DNA of 64,000 bases from Candidatus Cloacimonadota bacterium. GTDB taxonomy: Bacteria > Cloacimonadota > Cloacimonadia > Cloacimonadales > TCS61. Numbering within the stretch: the first letter of the stretch is position 1; each line of letters starts with the position of its first letter. Made by a program: the position numbers and the translations under genes. This document shows, in pieces, positions 9,260 through 20,477 of this stretch. The stretch lies in NCBI GenBank assembly GCA_030600585.1, contig JAUVLU010000008.1, positions 6,431 to 70,430 on the forward strand, in the 5' to 3' direction. The notes beneath the pieces were generated by a model. That model saw nothing but the letters and a program-made list of their open reading frames with translations, did not search any database and was not told the origin of the DNA.

Positions 9260-10299
9260 TATCTCAAATATCCTTTTTTGTATTTTTCATGGTAGAGAAC
9301 TTGAAGTTTTCTAAATAAATTCAAGGGTTTCTTCATATTTTTCAATTCATTATTTTCTATGATATTTTGTAAAGTTTGTATCAGGTTTTCACTAATTTTC
9401 CCATCTATTCTGGGATTGATCTCTTCAATATGTTCAATTCTTTTCTGGTGAAATTCCTGCGGATTTTGCAGACTTCTATCGATAGCATCACGCAGCTTTT
9501 CCGGTTTAGTAATATCGATCCCCTTATCTTTTCTGCTCTGTGTTTTATAGGTTATCACCGGTTTATCGAGGATCATGAATTCGTAAGCAACCGACGATGT
9601 ATCTGTGATCAGCACATCGGCAAGATGCAGATAGGGTGTGATGTCGTAATCATCAATAATTCTGATATTCTTAGAATTTGTAATTTTTTCAATAATTTCT
9701 TTATTCATCAATTCATGAAATTTAAATAACCAGATCTCATCTTCGTTAATTATTTTTGGAATTATCGGAAGCAATTCTTCGGCTGATTGCATTTTTCTGC
9801 TGTGAGTGGGAGCAAAAAGAATTACTTTCTTATCTTTCGGGATATTATATTTATCTTTTAAATCTTCGGTAGGGTAATTGATAATATGATCTATTTTTGG
9901 CCAACCGGTTTCTTTAACTAAAAAATATTTATGTTTCTTTTGCAGTTTTAAAAATCGTTTCGTTACAAAAGGACCGGAAGTGCAGTAAACATCAAAAAAA
10001 TGGCGGATTTCATAATGCGAAAATTTTTCTACACCCAAGCCGTGAAAAATTTGTACTTTGATTCCCTGAATTCTAAAATCCACAAAATTACCCGGAACGA
10101 TCACAAGATCAGGTGAGAATTTTTTTGTACTATCAATGTTATCAATAATTTCATATTCCGATAGATCTTGCGAAAATTTATTCCTTACTTTTTTTGATAG
10201 AAAAAAAGCAAATTTGTGATTCGTATTCTCTAAATATTTCACGATCGGTTCTATGATCGGAATTGAATAGTTTTTGGAAATGTAAAAAAGAAATTTCAT
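9259..10299 (-). CDS. CDP-glycerol glycerophosphotransferase family protein (TagB/TagF-like), paralog 1
   Basis: 346 aa with ILFAPTHS and ITDTSSVAYEFMILDKPV motifs. Confidence 0.7.
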   Translation of the reverse strand: MKFLFYISKNYSIPIIEPIVKYLENTNHKFAFFLSKKVRNKFSQDLSEYEIIDNIDSTKKFSPDLVIVPGNFVDFRIQGIKVQIFHGLGVEKFSHYEIRHFFDVYCTSGPFVTKRFLKLQKKHKYFLVKETGWPKIDHIINYPTEDLKDKYNIPKDKKVILFAPTHSRKMQSAEELLPIIPKIINEDEIWLFKFHELMNKEIIEKITNSKNIRIIDDYDITPYLHLADVLITDTSSVAYEFMILDKPVITYKTQSRKDKGIDITKPEKLRDAIDRSLQNPQEFHQKRIEHIEEINPRIDGKISENLIQTLQNIIENNELKNMKKPLNLFRKLQVLYHEKYKKGYLR

Positions 10300-10302
10300 T
10301 GT

Positions 10303-12204
10303 TTAAACGGAATCGTTAAACTGCAATTCATAAAGTGTTTTATATTTATCGCAAGATTGCAGCAAGTCATCATGTTTTCCTATTCCGACGATTTTCCCAT
10401 TATCAAGAACAACAATTTTATCGGAAGAAAGAATTGTTGAAAGCCGATGAGCGATCACAATAACTGTTCTATTCTTTGTAGCTTGCTCGATTGCCTGTTG
10501 CACTTTTCTTTCCGCTTCGGTATCGAGGGCACTGGTTGCTTCATCAAAGATAAGAATTGGCGGATTTCCTACGATCGCACGTGCAATGCAAATTCTCTGT
10601 TTCTGTCCACCGGAAAGGTTGGATGCTCGAGTATGAAGAAGTGTTTCGTATTTCTCGGGAAGAGTTTCAATAAATTCATCTGCATACGCAATTGTTGCTG
10701 CATTGGTTATTTCCTTATCAGAGACATCTTCCAGAGTTCCATAACTGATATTGTTTGTTATCGTATCACCGAACAGAATGGATTCCTGGGTTACGGTTCC
10801 CATCAGATTACGTAAATCTCGTAGTTTAATATCCCTGATATTATTATTATCAATAAGAATTTCACCGGAGGTAGTGTCATACATTCGTTCCAGTAGATTT
10901 ACCATTGTTGTTTTACCGGAACCACTTCCGCCGACAATGGCAATTTTTTCTCCCTTGTTGATTTTTATGGAAATATTTTCCAACACTTCATTTGATTTTT
11001 CGTATGAAAAAGAGACATCTCTGAACTCGATCTTACTTTCAAAAGTATCTTTTTCAACAGCATCTGGCGACTCTTCAATTTCAGATTTTATATCCAAAAT
11101 TACAGAAATCCTATCCAGAGAAACTAATGCTTTTCGTATCTGAGCATAAGCCTTACTAATTACTTTCATAGGATGAAGCATAGAAAAAATTGCAAACAGG
11201 AAAGTGAAAAAACTTCCCAATGAAAAGTTATTGGAACCCGACAGAACCTGATTTCCCCCTATAAGAAGAACTACAATACCTGTAATTGTGCCATTCATCT
11301 CGGAAAGAGGAACATTGAAAAAATGATAAATTCTGGATTTTCGCCAAAACTTGAAATGCTTCTGGTTTATGGCTTTAAATTTTCCAAGTTCATAATCTTC
11401 CCGTGAGAATGCTTTTACTATCCTCATACTGTTCAATATTTCTTCTACATTAGAAAAAAGGTTGGATGATTGAATTTGTATTCTTTTTGAATATTTTTTT
11501 ATCTTATTCCCGATGAAATTTATTACAATGCTGAAAACAGGAAGTAATATCAGACTGATAAGAAATAATTTTGTATTCAAAAAAATAGCGATCCGGGCAA
11601 AAAACAGGATAAGTATAATATTTTGCAAAGCATCGAAAATAGCCCGAATGAAAAAATTACTTACTATCTTTACATCGGAAACCATTCGTACAAGTGAATC
11701 TCCAACTTTATTTATATTGAAGAATGCAAGTGATTGATACAGGTATTTTTTAAACATCTGGTTACGAATAGTTCTGATCGTTTTTCCACGCAGATTGGCA
11801 AACACTATTTTGTTACAGTAAAAGAATAAATTCTTTAGTAGAATCAACAGAATGAGTATTACACTTATTAACCAAAGTAAAAATATGGGATCTGTATGAA
11901 GAAGTAGTGTTTTTAATTCTTCCATGAATGGTTCATAATTTTGTTTCTGAGATAGAGCAAATAGATTTCCGTGTTGGGAAACAAAGTGCGTGATGATCTT
12001 TTGAAAAGCTATTCGGAACGAAGGGAAGTTAGTGTATAATATCGTTACTTTTTCCGGTTTAAATACATAATCTAAAAGCGGGATTGCCATCATAATGCTT
12101 ACACTGCTGAACACAGCGTAGCCCAACATAAAAAAGAGTCCGGCAAGCAGGTAACCCCAATATCGGAGCATTATTTTATAAATCCTTTTTACGTTTTTCA
12201 TCAT
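10303..12204 (-). CDS. ABC exporter, fused permease-ATPase (MsbA-type)
   Basis: 633 aa. The N-terminal half is hydrophobic with six-TM character. It carries Walker A GGSGSGKTT, signature LSGGQKQRICIARA and Walker B ILIFDEATSALD. Confidence 0.85.
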   Translation of the reverse strand: MMKNVKRIYKIMLRYWGYLLAGLFFMLGYAVFSSVSIMMAIPLLDYVFKPEKVTILYTNFPSFRIAFQKIITHFVSQHGNLFALSQKQNYEPFMEELKTLLLHTDPIFLLWLISVILILLILLKNLFFYCNKIVFANLRGKTIRTIRNQMFKKYLYQSLAFFNINKVGDSLVRMVSDVKIVSNFFIRAIFDALQNIILILFFARIAIFLNTKLFLISLILLPVFSIVINFIGNKIKKYSKRIQIQSSNLFSNVEEILNSMRIVKAFSREDYELGKFKAINQKHFKFWRKSRIYHFFNVPLSEMNGTITGIVVLLIGGNQVLSGSNNFSLGSFFTFLFAIFSMLHPMKVISKAYAQIRKALVSLDRISVILDIKSEIEESPDAVEKDTFESKIEFRDVSFSYEKSNEVLENISIKINKGEKIAIVGGSGSGKTTMVNLLERMYDTTSGEILIDNNNIRDIKLRDLRNLMGTVTQESILFGDTITNNISYGTLEDVSDKEITNAATIAYADEFIETLPEKYETLLHTRASNLSGGQKQRICIARAIVGNPPILIFDEATSALDTEAERKVQQAIEQATKNRTVIVIAHRLSTILSSDKIVVLDNGKIVGIGKHDDLLQSCDKYKTLYELQFNDSV

Positions 12205-12438
12205 AATTATCCTATTACTTAATTAATTTCATTTAAATTTCTTTGGAGCAAGATTGTGTCAATATATTATTCAGTGATGTTAATCATATAAATTTGAACC
12301 AATTTGATCTTGAAAATGAAATTGTAATTAGTGAGAAATTGCTATATAATAGACTTTAAGAAAATCCTTTACAAAGAAACCTTCGTTTTTTCTGTTGTTC
12401 ATGCTTGAAAAATGCAAAAAAATAAAAGGAGGGAATGC

Positions 12439-12708
12439 ATGGCATTAAATACAGAAGCCAAAAAGGCGATCATGGCAGAGTTTAAACTCCATGATTCAGA
12501 TACAGGGTCACCTGAGGTTCAGGTTGCTTTACTGACAACTCGCATCATAGAGATCACGGAACATTTGAAAATTCATAAAAAGGATTATCATACTCGCCGC
12601 GGTCTGCTCAAACTTATTGGTCAAAGACGTAGATTACTTGATTATATCATGAAAAAGGATATTGTACGTTATCGTAAATTGATCAAAGCACTTGGACTCA
12701 GGAAATAA
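12439..12708 (+). CDS. rpsO: 30S ribosomal protein S15
   Basis: [33 protein letters not shown]...[16 protein letters not shown] is classic S15. AAGGAGGG precedes the ATG at 12439, so the track start at 12412 is probably too long. Confidence 0.95.
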   Translation: MALNTEAKKAIMAEFKLHDSDTGSPEVQVALLTTRIIEITEHLKIHKKDYHTRRGLLKLIGQRRRLLDYIMKKDIVRYRKLIKALGLRK

Positions 12709-12727
12709 TATATTTTTTGGAGTTAAC

Positions 12728-12760
12728 AGAAAGGGGATAAAACCCCTTTCTTGACTTTTT
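12728..12760 (+). terminator. Rho-independent terminator-like hairpin after rpsO
   Basis: AGAAAGGGG-ataaaa-CCCCTTTCT followed by tgacTTTTT. Confidence 0.6.
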
Positions 12761-12844
12761 AGAAGAAATACCTTAACAAAAAAAGTAGAATAAATATTTA
12801 TACCAACAGCTAATTATAAAGTATAAATGAGAAAATGAAAAAAT

Positions 12845-12910
12845 GCGGAGGAATGGAGCAATAAGCTAAGTTCAGCAATCCTGATTTTAGTCTATTGCTT
12901 TAATCTCCGC
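12845..12910 (+). promoter_or_regulatory. Long imperfect hairpin in the pnp 5' leader
   Basis: GCGGAG..AGCAATA...TATTGCT..CTCCGC lies ~90 nt upstream of the pnp ATG. Its position resembles the RNase III-processed autoregulatory hairpin known in the E. coli pnp leader. Function is inferred only. Confidence 0.35.
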
Positions 12911-12999
12911 GAGTTAATCCGGCTTTGAAAACAAAGTCAAAACAAATTGGGCTTCGTTTCGATTAATTGGAACTTCGCCCGAATTAAAAAGGAGAAAAA

Positions 13000-15216
13000 A
13001 TGCACAATTTTAAAATTACAAAGAAAACAATCGAAATTGCCGGCAAAACATTAACAATGGAAACCGGTAGAATGGCAAAACAAGCTAATGGATCAGTTTT
13101 TATAACCTACGGTGAAACATGCGTATTGGTTACTGCAACTGTATCTAAAGAGGCAAGAGAGGGAACAGATTTTTTCCCATTAACAGTAGATTTTATAGAA
13201 AAAATGTATGCTTCCGGTAAAATTCCCGGTGGTTTCTTTAAAAGAGAAGCCAGACCTACTACTCAGGCTACATTAAATGCACGTCTTATTGACAGACCAA
13301 TCCGACCGCTCTTTCCAAAAGGATTTAGAAATGCAGTTCACGTTGTTGTAACTGTACTTTCTTACGATGGAGAAAACGACCCCGGCATGTTGGGAATTCT
13401 GGGGGCATCTGCTGCTCTTTCAATTTCTGATATTCCATTCCACGGACCTTGCGCCAGTGTGAAAGTAGGTGTCGTAAATGATGAGATTGTAATCAATCCC
13501 ACAGTACAGCAATTTGAAGAATCTGTCCTCGATCTGGATGTAGCAGGAACATCATCTGCAGTTGTAATGATAGAAGCCGGAGCAAAAGAAGTTTCGGAAG
13601 AGATTATAATGAACTCTATCTATACAGGTCATGAAGTTATTAAAGAGTTGGTTGCTTTCCAAGAAGAATTTGTTAAAGATTCCGGTAAAGAAAAAATGGA
13701 AATAGTATTGGATGTTACACCAGAAGAAATTATTCAAAAAGTTGAAAAAGATTTTGGAAAAGCAATTGATGAAGCTGCCCATATCCATGGCAAATTGGAA
13801 CGTTATGAAGCTATAGATGCAATTAAAAAAGAGATGATGGAAAAAAATGCTGAAGAACTCGGTAAAGAATTTGATGAGCAGGAAAGAAACTTCAAGAATG
13901 CTTTTGACGAAGTTTTTGCAAAATCTGTTCGTAATGCTATTTTGCATGATAATCATAGAGCCGATGGCAGAGGAATGGACGATATCAGACCAATAACCTG
14001 TGAATTGGATATACTTCCTCGTGTACACGGTTCAGCACTTTTCACTCGTGGAGAAACACAATCATTGGGAACTGTAACTTTAGGAAATAGCCGTGACGAA
14101 CAGATCATTGATGGTCTGGCAGAAGAATACAAAAAATCATATTACCTTCACTACAATTTTCCACCATTCAGTGTTGGAGAAGCCGGATTTATGAGAGGTC
14201 CTGGACGTAGAGAATATGGTCATGGAGCCTTGGCTGAACGTGCCCTGTTTCCGATGATACCATCCAAAGATGATTTTCCATACACACTTCGTGTTGTGTC
14301 AGAAATATTAGAATCAAATGGATCATCTTCAATGGCAACGGTATGCAGCGGAACTTTAGCTCTGATGGCTGCAGGTGTTCCACTTAAAAAGCCTGTTGCA
14401 GGAATTGCAAACGGACTTATTATGGAAGGTGAAAACTTTGTTGTTCTTACTGATATTCAAGGTTTGGAAGATCACCTGGGAGATATGGATTTCAAAGTAA
14501 CTGGAACAAGAGACGGTATAACGGCCATGCAAATGGATATTAAGATAGAAGGCATCACAAAAGAAATAATGGGAATAGCTTTGGAAAAAGCGCAAACTGC
14601 CCGTTTCTATATTTTAGATAAAATCATTGAGACAATTCCAGAACCACGTGCAGAATTAGCTGAAACTGCTCCTCGTATCGAGTCTATCAAAATCGATCCT
14701 GATAAAATTGGTGCTGTAATAGGTTCAGGTGGAAAAATGATCAAACAGATCATTGAAACTACAGGTGCTGATGTGAATATCGATGATGATGGAACTGTTA
14801 GCATTTCATCATCTGATAAAGATTCAATTGCAAATGCAATAGCAATAATTACAGATATAGTTTCCGATCCTGAAATGAATAAAATTTATGAAGGAGAAGT
14901 TACTCGTGTTGAAGTTTACGGCGCATTCGTAAAATTTATGAGTAACACAAAAGAAGGTTTAGTTCATGTTTCTCAATTGCATACTGATCGTGTTGCAAAT
15001 GTAGGGGATATGCTAAAGCTTGGTGATAAGGTTAAGGTAAAATTTATTGGTTTTGACAGGGGTAAAGTTAAACTTAGCATGAAAAATGTAGCAGGAAATC
15101 CTGAACATAAACCCGGAAGTTCTCCAACACCACCTCCTGCTCCAAGAAGTAGCTATGGAAGAAACGATAATCGTAGAGATAACAGACGGGACGGTCGAAG
15201 AGACAATAAAAGATAG
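13000..15216 (+). CDS. pnp: Polyribonucleotide nucleotidyltransferase (PNPase)
   Basis: 738 aa with two RNase PH-like halves, a KH region (IGAVIGSGGKMIKQI) and an S1 region (YEGEVTRVEVYGAFVKF). It ends in an extra Arg/Asp/Asn-rich tail. Confidence 0.97.
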   Translation: MHNFKITKKTIEIAGKTLTMETGRMAKQANGSVFITYGETCVLVTATVSKEAREGTDFFPLTVDFIEKMYASGKIPGGFFKREARPTTQATLNARLIDRPIRPLFPKGFRNAVHVVVTVLSYDGENDPGMLGILGASAALSISDIPFHGPCASVKVGVVNDEIVINPTVQQFEESVLDLDVAGTSSAVVMIEAGAKEVSEEIIMNSIYTGHEVIKELVAFQEEFVKDSGKEKMEIVLDVTPEEIIQKVEKDFGKAIDEAAHIHGKLERYEAIDAIKKEMMEKNAEELGKEFDEQERNFKNAFDEVFAKSVRNAILHDNHRADGRGMDDIRPITCELDILPRVHGSALFTRGETQSLGTVTLGNSRDEQIIDGLAEEYKKSYYLHYNFPPFSVGEAGFMRGPGRREYGHGALAERALFPMIPSKDDFPYTLRVVSEILESNGSSSMATVCSGTLALMAAGVPLKKPVAGIANGLIMEGENFVVLTDIQGLEDHLGDMDFKVTGTRDGITAMQMDIKIEGITKEIMGIALEKAQTARFYILDKIIETIPEPRAELAETAPRIESIKIDPDKIGAVIGSGGKMIKQIIETTGADVNIDDDGTVSISSSDKDSIANAIAIITDIVSDPEMNKIYEGEVTRVEVYGAFVKFMSNTKEGLVHVSQLHTDRVANVGDMLKLGDKVKVKFIGFDRGKVKLSMKNVAGNPEHKPGSSPTPPPAPRSSYGRNDNRRDNRRDGRRDNKR

Positions 15217-15222
15217 AAATAG

Positions 15223-16617
<1,395 letters not shown>

Positions 16618-16700
16618 ATATTCAGATTTTGATAGTTAGTATATTAATTCAATATAAAATATAAGGAACTAATAAAGTAGAATAGAGGAGAATCTTTAAA

Positions 16701-18002
16701 ATGGAAAAGATCATCAAGAAGATCAAAAACAAAACCGCAGTTGTTGGTATTGTGGGTTTAGGTTATGTTGGTCTTCCTATGGCTGTAGCTGTAGCGAGAA
16801 AAGGATACAATGTTATCGGGATCGATGTAAGTGATTATGCGGTTACTCACGTAAACGCCGGAGAAAATTATATCGGTGATGTGGATGACGATGAGTTGAA
16901 GCAATTAGTTAGCTCGGGGAAATTGAAAGCTACTTTCGATTATGCAAATGCAAAAGCAGCAGATGTGATAATGATAGCCGTTCCCACACCGCTCGATAAA
17001 TTTCAACAGCCGGATTCGAGTTATGTTCGGGCTTCCGTAAATTCACTCGCAGAAAATGTTTCTGCGAATACACTCGTAATTCTGGAAAGTACCACATATC
17101 CCGGAACTACGGCAGAGATAGTTGTTCCCGCTTTCGAAGAAAAAGGTTTTGAGATTGGAAAAAATTTCTTTGTAGCTTTCTCTCCGGAAAGAGTTGATCC
17201 CGGAAACAAAGAGTACAAAACAAGAAATACTCCGAAAGTAGTAGGTGGAGTCACCGATAAATGTAATAAAATTTCAAAGATATTTTATGAACAGATATTG
17301 GAAGCAGAAATCCATACAGTTTCATCTCCCGCAATTGCGGAAATGGAAAAAATTTATGAAAACACTTTCCGGAACATAAATATAGCTTTGGCAAATGAAA
17401 TGACGATATTATGTAACAAAATGGGACTCGATATTTGGGAAGTTATCGAAGCGGCAAAAACCAAACCTTACGGTTTTATGGCTTTTTATCCCGGACCGGG
17501 AATCGGCGGACACTGTATTCCGCTCGATCCGTTCTATCTTACTTGGAAAGCCCGTGAATATGGTTATCATACACGTCTTATAGAGTTGGCTGGAGAGATA
17601 AACAATCATATGCCGGAATTTGTAGTGAATAAATTATCCAGACTGCTGAATAAAAAAGGACTGTCTTTATCTAAATCTAAAATTCTTATTCTTGGTGCTG
17701 CTTACAAAAAAGACATCGAAGATTTCCGTGAATCTCCTGTTCAACAACTGATGGTGGAATTAGAAAAAAGCGATACAACTTTTGATTACAATGATCCTCA
17801 CGTTCCGATCTTCCATAATGAGCTTAATGGAAAAAAATATCATTCTGTTTCATTGGATAATATAGCAGATTATGATGCTGTGATCATAGCTACAGATCAC
17901 ACGATCTATGATTATGAAAATATCGTCAGCAAAGCCTGTTTGGTGTTGGATACAAGAAATGCATGTAAAAATATTAAAGCAGAAAACCTGATAAGAATGT
18001 AA
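16701..18002 (+). CDS. Nucleotide-sugar 6-dehydrogenase (UDP-GlcNAc/UDP-ManNAc dehydrogenase family)
   Basis: 433 aa with an N-terminal Rossmann VGIVGLGYVGLPMA and the catalytic GIGGHCIPLDP motif. Confidence 0.8.
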   Translation: MEKIIKKIKNKTAVVGIVGLGYVGLPMAVAVARKGYNVIGIDVSDYAVTHVNAGENYIGDVDDDELKQLVSSGKLKATFDYANAKAADVIMIAVPTPLDKFQQPDSSYVRASVNSLAENVSANTLVILESTTYPGTTAEIVVPAFEEKGFEIGKNFFVAFSPERVDPGNKEYKTRNTPKVVGGVTDKCNKISKIFYEQILEAEIHTVSSPAIAEMEKIYENTFRNINIALANEMTILCNKMGLDIWEVIEAAKTKPYGFMAFYPGPGIGGHCIPLDPFYLTWKAREYGYHTRLIELAGEINNHMPEFVVNKLSRLLNKKGLSLSKSKILILGAAYKKDIEDFRESPVQQLMVELEKSDTTFDYNDPHVPIFHNELNGKKYHSVSLDNIADYDAVIIATDHTIYDYENIVSKACLVLDTRNACKNIKAENLIRM

Positions 18003-18007
18003 GAAAA

Positions 18008-18556
18008 GTGGCTACCAATAAACCTATAGAAATTGTTGAATTATTTGGAGATCTCGAAATTGCTACAGCAGACAAAAAATGGTTTGTTGTTCATACAAAG
18101 CCAAGATGTGAAAAGAAACTTGCAGAATTTTCCTTACAATATGAGATCAATTATTATCTTCCCTTGATAGATAGTATTCGAGTATATAAAAATAGGAAGG
18201 TGAAATTTACAAAACCGATGTTTCCCGGATATGTTTTTACCAAATGTACTCAAGAGAAGAAAAGACAGCTTACTATTACGGGTTATGTTGCCTATTGGCT
18301 TCCGGTACATGATCAGATGGAACTGGTTAGCGATTTACAACAGATCCATTCCGGACGTGAATTAGGTGTTGAATTTACACGAGCAGAATTTTTGGAAAAA
18401 GGTACGAAAGTTGAGATCCAAAAAGGACCGTTTACAGGGCTTATTGGATATGTGGAAAATCAGAAAGATGTGAAAGAAGTTATTTTGCAGGTAACTCTGC
18501 TGCATCAGGCAGTTTCAGTTTCTGCCAGAGCAGATCAAATAAAAGTGATACGATAG
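18008..18556 (+). CDS. NusG-paralog transcription antiterminator (UpxY/RfaH-like)
   Basis: KWFVVHTKPRCEKKLAEF and PMFPGYVF (NGN domain) plus a C-terminal KOW-like segment (GTKVEIQKGPFTGLIGYV). GTG start 5 nt after the previous stop. Confidence 0.7.
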   Translation: MATNKPIEIVELFGDLEIATADKKWFVVHTKPRCEKKLAEFSLQYEINYYLPLIDSIRVYKNRKVKFTKPMFPGYVFTKCTQEKKRQLTITGYVAYWLPVHDQMELVSDLQQIHSGRELGVEFTRAEFLEKGTKVEIQKGPFTGLIGYVENQKDVKEVILQVTLLHQAVSVSARADQIKVIR

Positions 18557-18565
18557 GAAGGTTAA

Positions 18566-19498
18566 ATGAAAGTTTTAGTAACAGGTGGAGCAGGATTTAT
18601 AGCTTCACATATTGTAGATAAATATGTTGAACTAGGTCATGAAGTTGTGGTAGTTGATAATTTATCAACCGGTTTTAAGCATAACGTGAACCCAAAAGCA
18701 AAATTTTATGAAATCGATATTCGCTCAAAAGAACTGGAGCAGATATTTAAAGATGAAAAACCGGAGATCGTGAATCATCATGCTGCTCAGATCAGTGTTC
18801 CTGTATCAGTAAAAGAGCCGGAACTCGATGCTGAAGTTAATGCAATTGGTTTTCTTAACATTCTGCAAAATTGCGTGAAATACAAAGTGAAAAAAGTGAT
18901 CTTCATTTCTTCCGGTGGTGCAATATATGGTGAAGCAGAAGAATATCCTACAACTGAAAATTATGATCCCAAGCCGCTTTCACCTTATGCAATTCATAAA
19001 TATGTTTCGGAAAAATATTTGTATTTTTACCATCATCAATATGGTTTGAAATATACAGTTCTAAGATATGCAAATGTATTTGGACCGCGTCAGATTCCTC
19101 ATGGAGAAGCCGGAGTAGTTTCCATTTTTATTACGAATTTCAGAGATAACAAAAAAACATATCTCTATGCTTTTGATGAAGAACCTGACGGAATGATCCG
19201 TGATTATGCTTATGTGAAAGATATCGTTAATGCTAATGTGATAGCATTAGATAGGGGAGAACTTGAAGCGTTTAATATCGGTACCGGATTAGAGACAACA
19301 ACCGGACAACTTTATCGAGAAATTGCTTTACAGATGAATACGCAAATTGAACCTGTGCGAAAGGGAGCAAGACCCGGGGATATAAGGAAAAGTTGTTTGA
19401 ATATTGAAAAGGCAAGGAATGAATTTGGCTGGGGACCAAAATATACTTTGCGTGATGGTGTGAAGGAAACAATAGATTTTTTCATGAAGAAAAAATAA
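18566..19498 (+). CDS. NAD-dependent epimerase/dehydratase (extended SDR, UDP-sugar epimerase-like)
   Basis: VLVTGGAGFIASH glycine-rich motif and a Y-x3-K catalytic pair (YAIHKYVSEKY). Confidence 0.8.
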   Translation: MKVLVTGGAGFIASHIVDKYVELGHEVVVVDNLSTGFKHNVNPKAKFYEIDIRSKELEQIFKDEKPEIVNHHAAQISVPVSVKEPELDAEVNAIGFLNILQNCVKYKVKKVIFISSGGAIYGEAEEYPTTENYDPKPLSPYAIHKYVSEKYLYFYHHQYGLKYTVLRYANVFGPRQIPHGEAGVVSIFITNFRDNKKTYLYAFDEEPDGMIRDYAYVKDIVNANVIALDRGELEAFNIGTGLETTTGQLYREIALQMNTQIEPVRKGARPGDIRKSCLNIEKARNEFGWGPKYTLRDGVKETIDFFMKKK

Positions 19499-19507
19499 GG
19501 AGATAGT

Positions 19508-20476
19508 ATGCCGAAAATCGAGGAGATCAACATTGCACAGATGAAATTACCAAAGAAAAAGATAATTACTGGAGTAATCATTCTGGCAGCGGTAATTTTC
19601 TTTGCTACGGGTTTATATACTGTAAACCCCGAAGAAGTAGGTGTTATCCAGAGATTTGGGAAATACCTTTCAACTACACAACCGGGGCTGCATTTCAAAA
19701 TCCCATTTGGTGTAGATAAACTTACGAAAGTTAAAGTTAAACATGTATTTAAGGAAGAGTTCGGATTCAGAACTCTGCAAGCTGGTGTACGTACAAAATA
19801 TTCTGCACGAAGTTACAACAATGAAGCAATTATGTTAACTGGAGACCTGAATATTGCAGATGTAGAATGGATCATTCAATACAGGATAAAAGATCCTATG
19901 AAATATTTGTTTAAAGTTAGGAATGTGAAAGAGACCTTGCGTGATGTTTCTGAATCTGTGATCAGGGAAGTTGTTGGAGACCGAAGCGTGGATGAAGTTA
20001 TCGTGCTTAATAGAAAAGAGATTGCTGATAAGTCAGTAATCATGCTTCAAGAACAGCTTGATATTTATGAAGTAGGTCTGGAAATTGTTACAATAAACCT
20101 GCAGAATGTTAATCCGCCGGAAGCAGTTCAACCAGCTTTTAATAATGTGAACTCAGCAAAACAGGAGAAAGAAAGGATCATTAATGAAGCATGGCAAAAA
20201 TACAATCAGGTGATCCCTGAAGCAGAAGGAAAGGCGAAGAGAACTGTTGAAGAAGCTGAAGGATACGCTGTTAATAGAGTTAACAGGGCTAATGGTGATG
20301 CAAATCGTTTTATCCAAATGTACAATAAATATCGTTACTCTAAATCTGTAACCAGAAAAAGACTCTATCTGGAGATGATGGAAAAAGTTCTTCCAAAAGT
20401 TGAAAAGAAATACATTATTGATGATAAGGCGAAGAATGTACTGCCTCTGTTAAATCTTGGACAAGGAGGTAAATAA
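19508..20476 (+). CDS. hflK: SPFH/band-7 protease modulator HflK
   Basis: 322 aa with an N-terminal TM and an SPFH domain (VNPEEVGVIQRFGKY...). It is paired with an HflC-like gene immediately downstream. Confidence 0.8.
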   Translation: MPKIEEINIAQMKLPKKKIITGVIILAAVIFFATGLYTVNPEEVGVIQRFGKYLSTTQPGLHFKIPFGVDKLTKVKVKHVFKEEFGFRTLQAGVRTKYSARSYNNEAIMLTGDLNIADVEWIIQYRIKDPMKYLFKVRNVKETLRDVSESVIREVVGDRSVDEVIVLNRKEIADKSVIMLQEQLDIYEVGLEIVTINLQNVNPPEAVQPAFNNVNSAKQEKERIINEAWQKYNQVIPEAEGKAKRTVEEAEGYAVNRVNRANGDANRFIQMYNKYRYSKSVTRKRLYLEMMEKVLPKVEKKYIIDDKAKNVLPLLNLGQGGK

Positions 20477-20477
20477 A

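Noticed and set aside
12412-12438. Track start for rpsO 27 nt upstream
   Set aside because: The AAGGAGGG RBS lies inside this extension, just upstream of ATG 12439. S15 proteins start MA(L/I)... at ~89 aa.
13552-14028. Antisense ORFs inside long genes (for example 13552-14028 in pnp, 33569-34171 in the RND gene, 49628-50278 and 38856-39215 in the cargo genes, 10447-11143 in the ABC gene)
   Set aside because: Each is fully embedded opposite a gene with strong family motifs. The translations are low-complexity or unrecognisable, as is typical of shadow ORFs.
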